Shown piece after piece: positions 1 to 7,766 of a stretch of DNA of 20,000 nucleotides. The notes below the pieces were generated by a model. It had not been told where the DNA came from. It ran no database searches and was given only the letters and a program-made list of their open reading frames with translations. The stretch lies in sequence record DRR723986_4803. The stretch is one strand, 5' to 3'. A program made the translations under genes and the position numbers. Each line of letters opens with the position of its first letter. The stretch's first letter is position 1.

Positions 1-2
1 AG

Positions 3-941
3 GGTGACATAATCTTTCCGGAGAAGATTGTGCAGATCTTCAACGACGAAACTCAGGAGCGAATCAATTGCCTGCCCGCGACCTTTAAGAGTGACAAAAT
101 CTGTGGCGTGAAATGGGTTTCGGTATTTCCGCCCAATCCAGCCAAGTTTGGTATTCAGAATCTTTCCGCGGTCATGATTCTCTCCGAAATTCAGCATGGG
201 TTGCCAATCGCAATTATGGAGGGAACACTTTGCTCGAACATGCGAGTTGGCGCGATGGGAGGTTTGGCAGCCAAGCACCTTGCCAACCCCGATTCGCGAC
301 GTATCGGATTTATTGGCGCAGGCGAACAAGCTAAGATGCACTTAATTGCAATGAAGACAGCGTTGCCGTCCCTTGAGGAATGTTGTATCGGTGCCAAGAC
401 CGAAGCTGAGGAGCAGGAGTTTGTTGAGCAGATGCAACCGGTGATTCCCGAGCTAAGTTTTTCGACCGCTGGCACTGACTTGTCCAAAGCGGCAATCGAC
501 TCGGACGTCATTGTCACGGCGACGAGCGCTCAAGCTCCGCTGCTAAAGGCGGCTTGGGTGAAACCTGGTGCTTTCTACAGCCACGTTGGTGGATGGGAAG
601 ATGAATTTGAGGTTGCGAAGTTGTGCGACAAGATCGTTTGTGATGACTGGGAAACGGTCAAACACAGAACACAAACTTTGAGCCGCATGTATAAAGCGGG
701 CGAGTTGTCGGACGCAGACATCCACGCAAATCTGTCCGAGATTCTCCTGGGCAACAAACCTGGACGCGAGTCGCCCACGGAGCGTACATATTTCAACGCT
801 GTCGGATTGGCCTACACTGATGTTGGTATTGCCTATGCAATGTACCAACGAGCTCGCGAGGCAGGCCTGGGCCAGGAATTGAAGATCCAAAATGAAATGA
901 TCTTCGAGCACAAGAGCCTCAAGGACTGGGCTCGCATTTAG
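3..941 (+). CDS. Ornithine cyclodeaminase/mu-crystallin family NAD(P)-dependent enzyme (SbnB-like fold), 5'-truncated by the window edge
   Basis: The frame is open from base 3 (GDIIFPEKIVQIFN...), so the true start lies upstream. Family motifs: GVKWVSVFPPN, SNMRVGA, Rossmann GFIGAGEQA, DVIVTATSA, C-terminal FNAVGLAYTD. Confidence 0.85.
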   Translation, partial: GDIIFPEKIVQIFNDETQERINCLPATFKSDKICGVKWVSVFPPNPAKFGIQNLSAVMILSEIQHGLPIAIMEGTLCSNMRVGAMGGLAAKHLANPDSRRIGFIGAGEQAKMHLIAMKTALPSLEECCIGAKTEAEEQEFVEQMQPVIPELSFSTAGTDLSKAAIDSDVIVTATSAQAPLLKAAWVKPGAFYSHVGGWEDEFEVAKLCDKIVCDDWETVKHRTQTLSRMYKAGELSDADIHANLSEILLGNKPGRESPTERTYFNAVGLAYTDVGIAYAMYQRAREAGLGQELKIQNEMIFEHKSLKDWARI

Positions 942-1352
942 GCGAATTGCCGTCACTGTCGAATTGCTGTCCCTGGGGAGGCACCGTTCCAAATGATACT
1001 GCTCAGTGTCAGTGAAGGGGCGCGAAAAGCGTTGCTAGCTTTACGGCGCGTGCTCAACGTCCGAAGCTGCGCCTGAGAATTCTCTTGCCGCTCAAGTCCA
1101 GGCGGTGCCCCCCTGCTCCGTTTTGATTCTCCACGCACTGTAATTCCGGCGCTACGCTATTGAGCGGATTCTGCGTTCGTCGACGCTGGTTTTGGGGCCT
1201 ACTTGTGTGAGCGCGGTCCATTTAGGAATTGCGGACCCCGTGCCTATCAACGGCATTCGACGCGCGCTCCGGGCCGTCGGTCTATTGGCCCTTTGGCTTG
1301 GGACACTCGGGATTCCTTTGGCGAAGCGGGTGTTTTGGCTGCCGTGGCGTCC

Positions 1353-1381
1353 TTTTCGTGTTTTCGCGACCACCGTAGAAT
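1353..1381 (+). promoter_or_regulatory. Putative sigma70-type promoter for serC-serA
   Basis: TAGAAT at 1376-1381 with TTTTCG 17 bp upstream (1353-1358), about 115 nt before the serC start. Motif match only. Confidence 0.35.
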
Positions 1382-1495
1382 GCGCCTCGAAAGCTGGCGC
1401 GAGTGTGCAGGAGCAGGTGGCCGAGGGGCTGTCATCAAGCTTGCGAGCTGCTTTGTGGTTGCTCCGCCGAGCAAGTTCTACCGAAAGAGGATTCC

Positions 1496-2587
1496 GTGAA
1501 CGAACGCAAATTCAATTTTTCTGCAGGTCCCGCCGTTCTTCCGGTACCGGTACTGGAGCAGATTCGCGATGAGATGCTGTGCCTGCCAGGAGCAAATGCT
1601 TCGGTAATGGAGCTGTCGCATCGCAGTAAGCAGTTCGTTGCCATCCAGAACGATGCGAAAGAACGCCTAACACGACTGCTGGGCGTTGGCGATGACCATG
1701 AAGTGCTCTTCCTGCAGGGCGGCTCGCGACTTCAATTCTCGATGATCCCGATGAACCTGCTTCGCGGAAGTAATGCTCCAGCGCAGTACATCCTTACCGG
1801 TTCGTGGGGAAAGAACGCTAAAAGTGAGGCCGAGAAAGAGGGCGAAGTAGAAGTCGTCTATGACGCCGCTGATACCAATTACGACCGAATCCCTGACTTG
1901 GGCGATTTGCCGCTTTCCGACGAAGCTGCGTATGTCCATTTGACGATCAACGAGACCATTCAAGGCGTGCAGTTTCATGGGGATCCGACGACCGCAGCCC
2001 CGCTTGTAAGTGATTGTTCGAGCGATTTTCTGCATCGCCCCGTCGATATTAGCAAGTACGGCTTGCTGTACGCCTGTGCACAAAAGAACGCTGGGCCGGC
2101 TGGTGTGACGGTTGTTGTGATCCGTAAGGATCTCTTGTCACGCAGTCAGGATAGCTTGCCGGGTTATTTGAACTACAACAGCCACGTCTCGGCTGATTCG
2201 ATGTGGAACACACCGCCGACGTTTGCTGTCTACGTCTTAGGTTTGGTTGCCAAGTGGATTGAAGAGACGATGGGCGGTCTTGATCAACTGCACCAGCTCA
2301 ACAAGCAAAAAGCGGCTCTGCTCTACGCGGCTGTCGACAAGAATCCGAACATGTTTATCGGCCACGCTCAGCCGGCAAATCGGTCGTTGATGAACGTAAC
2401 ATTCCGGCTCCCTAGCGATGACCTCCAAGCGAAGTTCTTGGCTGGGGCCGATGAAGCTGGAATGGAAACTCTCAAGGGGCATAGAAGTGTGGGCGGTATT
2501 CGTGCCAGCATTTACAACGCCATGCCGCTGGAGGGTGTAGAGGCCCTGGCGTCCTTTATGGATGATTTTGCGTCAACAAACGGCTAA
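1496..2587 (+). CDS. serC: 3-phosphoserine aminotransferase
   Basis: N-terminal FNFSAGPAVLP, SVMELSHRS, LFLQGG, PLP-lysine motif AQKNAGPAG, NTPP, RSLMNVTF, LKGHRSVGGIRASIYNAMP. The GTG at 1496 follows a Shine-Dalgarno-like AAAGAGGA (1484-1491), so the 1403 ORF-track start is an over-extension. Confidence 0.97.
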   Translation: MNERKFNFSAGPAVLPVPVLEQIRDEMLCLPGANASVMELSHRSKQFVAIQNDAKERLTRLLGVGDDHEVLFLQGGSRLQFSMIPMNLLRGSNAPAQYILTGSWGKNAKSEAEKEGEVEVVYDAADTNYDRIPDLGDLPLSDEAAYVHLTINETIQGVQFHGDPTTAAPLVSDCSSDFLHRPVDISKYGLLYACAQKNAGPAGVTVVVIRKDLLSRSQDSLPGYLNYNSHVSADSMWNTPPTFAVYVLGLVAKWIEETMGGLDQLHQLNKQKAALLYAAVDKNPNMFIGHAQPANRSLMNVTFRLPSDDLQAKFLAGADEAGMETLKGHRSVGGIRASIYNAMPLEGVEALASFMDDFASTNG

Positions 2588-2682
2588 CGTAATTCGTTCG
2601 CTGCTGCAGGATGTCTGCGGTAGAAAAAACACTGCAACTATTTCAACAACAGTTCCCGCTTCCCGGCGAAGGCACTTGAACA

Positions 2683-4314
2683 ATGGCAAAATTCCGTATC
2701 GGTGTACTCGACCCAATTGCTGAAGAAGGCATTGAACTGCTTACAGCCGAGTCCGATTTTGAGTTTGAGAAACGCGTTGGTCTCAAGGGTGACGATCTCA
2801 AAGCTGCGCTCACCGAGTTCGACGGCGTTATCATTCGGTCTGGAGTCAAGATTACCGCTGAGTCGCTGGAAGGCAACAAGCGTCTGAAGGCCATTGTTCG
2901 CGCGGGCGTCGGAACGGACAACATTGATAAAGAAGCAGCCACTCGGCTGGGCATCGTGGTGATGAATACGCCGGCTGGAAATACGCTTTCCACCGCTGAG
3001 CACGCGTTTGCCCTGATGATGGCCCTCTCGCGCAACATCGCTCCCGCCTATCAAAGTCTTTGCGGCGGAAAATGGGACCGGAAGTCCTACATGGGCACTC
3101 AGTTGGCGGACAAGACCCTCGGTGTGGTTGGTTTTGGCCGGATCGGTCGCGAAGTCGCCCTGCGTGGATTGGCTTTTCGGATGCGAGTCATCGCGTTCGA
3201 TCCATTTCTAACCGATGAACAAGCAACCAAGCTCGGCGTTCAAAAGGCAGCTACGGTTGCAGAGATGTTGCCGGAAGTTGATTATCTGAGCGTTCATACG
3301 CCGCTGACCAGTGAAACCAAGCACTTGGTTGGCATGGATCAGCTTGAACAGCTCAAGCAGGGCGTTCGTCTTATCAATTGCGCGCGAGGCGGCATTTACG
3401 ACGAAGCGGCTTTGGCGGCTGGCTTGGATTCAGGCAAGATCGCTGGTGTGGCGTTGGACGTGTTCGAAACAGAGCCCTGCACCGACAGTCCGTTGTTTGG
3501 CAAGCCTGGCGTGGTCTGCACGCCACACCTGGGCGCAAGTACCGACGAAGCTCAGACGCAGGTTGCCGTAGAAGGGATTCACCTGCTGATCAACTTCTTC
3601 AAATCTGGTGAGATCCGGCACAGCGTCAATGTCGCCGCACTGGATCCGAAGACACTCGAGTCGGTTCGCAGCTATTTAGATGTCGCCTATCGATTGGGCC
3701 TGTTTGTTAGCCAGTGGCACGGCGGCAGCGTTGCTTCTTGCACATTGAACTATCGTGGGGAAGTCGCTGGCAAGGATACCAAGCTACTCACAAACGCTTT
3801 CTGCGCAGGTCTGCTTGAGCGAGCTCTGGAAGAAGACGTCAACATCATCAATGCAGAAGTCCTGTTGCGTGAACGCGGCATTGAGCTCAACGAGATCCGT
3901 AGCCCTGACAAGGGTGCTTTTAGTTCATCGATCACTGCGGAAGTTAGCGGCGACGACAAAACGATGAAGGCCGCGGGGACCGTTTTCGGACATGATATGC
4001 CTCGACTCGTGATGCTCAACGATCATCGTCTAGAGGCTTACATCGATGGTAACCTACTGATATTCACACACCAGGATGTGCCTGGGATTATCGGGAAAGT
4101 TGGAACGACATTTGGGGCTCACGGCGTGAATATTGCCCAGATGGCCGTCGGCCGCGCAATCGGAGACGAAGGCGGGCACGCGGTTGGAGTCTTGAACCTA
4201 GACAGTGCTGCCCCGCAATCTGCCATCGATGAATTGTTGGCAATCGATGGAGTTGAATCGGTTCAACCCATTGAACTGCCGTCGGTTGGCTCACTGCCAA
4301 CTTGGTTGCAGTAA
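2683..4314 (+). CDS. serA: D-3-phosphoglycerate dehydrogenase, long (type I) form with ASB and ACT domains
   Basis: RAGVGTDNID, NTPAGNTLSTAEH, GVVGFGRIG, NCARGG, ALDVFETEP, catalytic TPHLGAST; C-terminal ACT domain HQDVPGIIGKVGTTFGAHGVNIAQM. 543 aa, directly downstream of serC. Confidence 0.97.
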   Translation: MAKFRIGVLDPIAEEGIELLTAESDFEFEKRVGLKGDDLKAALTEFDGVIIRSGVKITAESLEGNKRLKAIVRAGVGTDNIDKEAATRLGIVVMNTPAGNTLSTAEHAFALMMALSRNIAPAYQSLCGGKWDRKSYMGTQLADKTLGVVGFGRIGREVALRGLAFRMRVIAFDPFLTDEQATKLGVQKAATVAEMLPEVDYLSVHTPLTSETKHLVGMDQLEQLKQGVRLINCARGGIYDEAALAAGLDSGKIAGVALDVFETEPCTDSPLFGKPGVVCTPHLGASTDEAQTQVAVEGIHLLINFFKSGEIRHSVNVAALDPKTLESVRSYLDVAYRLGLFVSQWHGGSVASCTLNYRGEVAGKDTKLLTNAFCAGLLERALEEDVNIINAEVLLRERGIELNEIRSPDKGAFSSSITAEVSGDDKTMKAAGTVFGHDMPRLVMLNDHRLEAYIDGNLLIFTHQDVPGIIGKVGTTFGAHGVNIAQMAVGRAIGDEGGHAVGVLNLDSAAPQSAIDELLAIDGVESVQPIELPSVGSLPTWLQ

Positions 4315-4432
4315 AATCGAAGCAGCGGTGCCCCTTACCGCCGTTGTGGCGCGTTTCATTTGGCGGATGATACCAAGAGCTTCTGCTTGTGGTTTAAGCA
4401 ACTTTAAATTCTGCGATTAGGAGCTTGCTAAG

Positions 4433-5371
4433 GTGAATCACCGACTTGGAATTTGCACGCCACTATCTACCGCAATTTTGCTTGCTGGTTATGTCGTTCT
4501 TTCGGCAGGGACGCAAGTAACGGCTCAGGAAGAAAGTGTTGTTCTCCCTGGGGCGGAACTGGAATTGGTCGCCGATGGTTACAAGTTTACAGAAGGCCCT
4601 GCGGTCGATTCACAGGGCGTCGTGTACTTTACCGACCAACCCAATGATCGCATCCTCCGCTGCGACCTCGATGGCAACGTGACGACGTGGATGCAGCCTG
4701 CCGGGCGAAGCAACGGATTGTTTTTTGCGCCCGATGGTCAGTTGATTGCCTGTGCCGACGGCAACAACGAACTCTGGTCCATTGATCCGAAATCCAAGAA
4801 GCAAACTGTCTTGCTCAGCGGCTTCGAAGACAAGCGTTTCAATGGTCCAAATGACGCGTGGGTAAACAGCGACGGCACCATTTACTTTACGGATCCCTAC
4901 TACAAGCGACCGTATTGGAAGCACGAAGACGATGCCCCCAAGTTGCCGAGGCAGGTCTACCGATATTCACCTCGTGCAAAATCGGTAGTTGTTGCGGCAT
5001 CGGATTTCAAGCAACCCAACGGAATCGTTGGAGATGCCGAATCGGGATTGATCTATGTCGCCGACATCGGTGACAAGAAGACGTATCGGTTCAAGCTTTC
5101 GGAGGCGGGTAATCTGGAGGACCGGAAGCTGTTCTGCAAAATGGGCTCCGACGGGATGACTTTGGACAGCGAAGGGAATTTGTATCTTACGGGTAAGGGC
5201 GTGACCGTTTTCAACTCTGGCGGGAAGCAGATTGGACAAATCGATGTTCCCGAGGGCTGGACAGCGAATGTCTGCATCGGAGGTCCGCAGGCCGATTTCT
5301 TGTACATTACAGCCAGCGATTCGCTTTACCGAATTCGTTTGAAGAATTCGGCTGTGGGCGTAGGGAAGTAG
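4433..5371 (+). CDS. SMP-30/gluconolactonase/LRE family beta-propeller protein, secreted
   Basis: Signal-peptide-like N-terminus ending VTA-QEE. Motifs FTEGP, YFTD, RSNGL, FNGPND, QPNGI, GSDGMTLDSEGNLY, WTANVCIGG, LYITAS. RBS AGGAG at 4419-4423. Confidence 0.9.
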   Translation: MNHRLGICTPLSTAILLAGYVVLSAGTQVTAQEESVVLPGAELELVADGYKFTEGPAVDSQGVVYFTDQPNDRILRCDLDGNVTTWMQPAGRSNGLFFAPDGQLIACADGNNELWSIDPKSKKQTVLLSGFEDKRFNGPNDAWVNSDGTIYFTDPYYKRPYWKHEDDAPKLPRQVYRYSPRAKSVVVAASDFKQPNGIVGDAESGLIYVADIGDKKTYRFKLSEAGNLEDRKLFCKMGSDGMTLDSEGNLYLTGKGVTVFNSGGKQIGQIDVPEGWTANVCIGGPQADFLYITASDSLYRIRLKNSAVGVGK

Positions 5372-5415
5372 TTGCCAGGCAACGGCAGGCTGGTTGATTC
5401 TGTGAGGTAGCAGCC

Positions 5416-6441
5416 GTGGTCCAGACTTATCAGCGATGCGAAGTTTGCAATTGCTATTTGGACCACGAAGATCTCTTCTGCTCCAACTGCGGTGTCGAGA
5501 ATCCACACGCTGATCGGCTGCTTCGAGAGCAGTTGGATGTTCAGGCCATAGATTCGCAGGTAACGTTTGATTGTGAGTCCTGCGGAGCAAGTATGGCTTA
5601 CGACGCCGAGGTCTCCGCGCTCGCTTGTCCGTATTGTGGAACGCAGGCTGAGATCAAAAAGGAGAAGCAGCCTGGGCTTGCCGCCCGATGTGTTGCGTTC
5701 CAAGTTTCCTCTGAAGAAGCCCAGAGGATATTCGATCGCTGGTTAGGACGCGGATTCTGGCGTCCCAACAATCTTCGAAAAGCGGTCCGCATTGGTCAGC
5801 AACGCGGCGTGCTGGTTCCCTACTGGGTGTTTTCTGCAAAGACTGACACGCGTTGGACGGCTGATGTGTCGCCTGCTCCGCCGGGATCACGAGGAGACTG
5901 GCAGCCCGCATTCGGGCGTCGATCGAGTAGCTACACAGGCATTCTTGTCGGCGGCAGCAATGTGTTAACCGAAGATGAGACCGCAAGTCTGTGTCCGTAC
6001 GATCTAACCCGTGCTCTGCCACCTGGCGAATCAGGAACTCCTAGTGGTGGCGATTCGCCAGGTGTTCATACGCTTGGGGCCAACGCAGGCGAGGGGGTTG
6101 TACGGGAGCAATTCCGAGTCGCCAGAAAGATGGCTAGACCCAAGGCACATGCCCATTTTCATCGCCGCGAACTGACGGCATGCAGGTCAGAGGCCGGCCG
6201 CCGCAGCCGGAATGTGCGGATCAACATGGAGATCAACTCAATGCACGGGGAGCCCTGGTTGTTACCGGTCTGGATCGTGGCGTATCAATACAAGTCGACG
6301 ACGCACCGTGTGCTGATCAACGGTCAGAGTGGCAAAGTGACGGGCTCGGCACCTTTGTCGGTAATGAAGATTTTGGTCGCTATCGGCGTGGTTGTCATGA
6401 CGTTTGCTGCACTGGCTGGGATAGCCGTTGTCGGCGGTTAA
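5416..6441 (+). CDS. Zinc-ribbon protein with four CxxC pairs and a C-terminal transmembrane anchor
   Basis: CEVC, CSNC, CESC and CPYC in the N-terminal 75 aa. Conserved-looking VPYWVF and LLPVW...Y.Y...VLINGQSGKVTGSAP, then hydrophobic ILVAIGVVVMTFAALAGIAVV. GAGGT precedes the GTG start. Confidence 0.75.
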   Translation: MVQTYQRCEVCNCYLDHEDLFCSNCGVENPHADRLLREQLDVQAIDSQVTFDCESCGASMAYDAEVSALACPYCGTQAEIKKEKQPGLAARCVAFQVSSEEAQRIFDRWLGRGFWRPNNLRKAVRIGQQRGVLVPYWVFSAKTDTRWTADVSPAPPGSRGDWQPAFGRRSSSYTGILVGGSNVLTEDETASLCPYDLTRALPPGESGTPSGGDSPGVHTLGANAGEGVVREQFRVARKMARPKAHAHFHRRELTACRSEAGRRSRNVRINMEINSMHGEPWLLPVWIVAYQYKSTTHRVLINGQSGKVTGSAPLSVMKILVAIGVVVMTFAALAGIAVVGG

Positions 6442-6492
6442 GAGCCGGAAGTCTATCCCGGGGCGTGTGCCGAGCTACTATCTTTGCCGAGG

Positions 6493-7503
6493 CTACTTCG
6501 AAAGTTGTTGCATGACTTCTTGAACGACCTTTTCGATGAAATCGTCTTTCGGCGATGCGCCGTCTGTTGATTCTGAAGAAGGATCGATGTCGGGCAACCA
6601 TTGTCCGAGCTCGCTGAGGATCTGAGCAAGCTGTTCTTGGGTTTCCTGCGCACTTCGCTGTTGATCTGCTGACAGAGGTTGGCGGCTCTTACCAAGGTCC
6701 CATCCACGGGCAAGTGCGCCGCGACGGAAGCCTTCGGGGAACTCAGGCTGACCAATCATCGCATCGAACAATGGGAGTAACCGGTATTGGAACTGCATCG
6801 CCCGATCCCATTGGCCCCGATTGCACGCTTCAAAGATGGCTCGCGTCAATTCAGGCACAACACCGCTGGTCGCATTCGTCCCTCCGTTGCAACCGATCAT
6901 GATCATCGGCGCAAGCGCGGCGTCCCAGCCGGTTAGAAACGAGAACTCCGGACGTTGCGGGCGAACGGCAGCTATCATCCGCATCATGTGCGGGATGTCA
7001 CCTGAGCTGTCTTTAATGCCAACAACTCTGGGGCAATCCAGGGCAAGGCGGCGGACGGTTGCTACTTCAATTGGTGACGCGAACAGCGGAATATTGTAAA
7101 GCGTTACATCGACGCTAACCTCGTCAGCGATATCCTTAAAGTACTGATAGACGGCTTCCTGACTCAGCTTGTAGTAGAAGGGTGCCACGATCGCCACAGC
7201 TCGCACGCCCAATTGTCCATAGGCTTCGCAGGCTTCTATCGTCTCGCGGACATTCGCTTCCGCCGCGCCAGCCAGAATTGGCACGCGGTCGCCGACGTGA
7301 TTGCTGAGGACTTCGATAATCCGCCGACGCTCTCCAGCGGTAAACCGAGTGAATTCGCCCGTCGAGCCGTTGGGGTAAAGGCCGTGGACACCTTTTTCGA
7401 TTAACCAATCCACGTAACCACACAGTTTGTCCTCGTCGACTCGACCCCGGGCGTCAATTGGAGTAATGTTCGGCGTGTAGATGCCTTCCATGGGGTGCGA
7501 CAT
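6493..7503 (-). CDS. DHDPS/N-acetylneuraminate lyase family class I aldolase (probably a 2-keto-3-deoxy sugar-acid aldolase, not DapA) with a C-terminal extension
   Basis: [21 protein letters not shown], catalytic Tyr in LYNIP, Schiff-base Lys in [13 protein letters not shown]. The ATG at 7503 (MSHPMEG) fits the family N-terminus better than 7554. Confidence 0.88.
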   Translation of the reverse strand: MSHPMEGIYTPNITPIDARGRVDEDKLCGYVDWLIEKGVHGLYPNGSTGEFTRFTAGERRRIIEVLSNHVGDRVPILAGAAEANVRETIEACEAYGQLGVRAVAIVAPFYYKLSQEAVYQYFKDIADEVSVDVTLYNIPLFASPIEVATVRRLALDCPRVVGIKDSSGDIPHMMRMIAAVRPQRPEFSFLTGWDAALAPMIMIGCNGGTNATSGVVPELTRAIFEACNRGQWDRAMQFQYRLLPLFDAMIGQPEFPEGFRRGALARGWDLGKSRQPLSADQQRSAQETQEQLAQILSELGQWLPDIDPSSESTDGASPKDDFIEKVVQEVMQQLSK

Positions 7504-7766
7504 GGTGTGGTTTCCCGGATGCGTATCGTTTGAGCGGCTGCAATGGGCCGCCAAGCGAGAGGATTCTCGTAGTTTCGTTGTCCATAGTTTACATTACATT
7601 TTTCATCGGTCTGAGCGGCTTTTCAACTTCACGTGATTGCGGCGTGAAGCAAGTGGGGATGAACCGGCCGCTGCCGCAGAAGTTGTAGGCACCGTCTTGC
7701 AGGCTTCTAGCCTTTACTTTCATTCAAAATTCGACCGATAGAACGGCTCAGAAATCGGGGCAAGCA

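Noticed and set aside
953-1572. Short ORFs in the OCD-serC spacer (953-1138, 1152-1373, 1192-1572, 1203-1499, 1247-1474) and the serC extension from 1403
   Set aside because: Arg/Pro/Ser-rich with no motifs or RBS, and mutually overlapping. serC homology begins at the GTG at 1496, which has a good RBS.
4320-4370. Possible intrinsic terminator after serA (GCGGT...ACCGC; CCGCC...GGCGG)
   Set aside because: The stems are only about 5 bp and lack a U-tract; not supportable.
4433-7503. Lactonase plus aldolase as a complete non-phosphorylative sugar operon
   Set aside because: They are convergent and separated by an unrelated gene, the lactonase appears secreted, and no dehydrogenase or dehydratase is present. 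Not supported as an operon.
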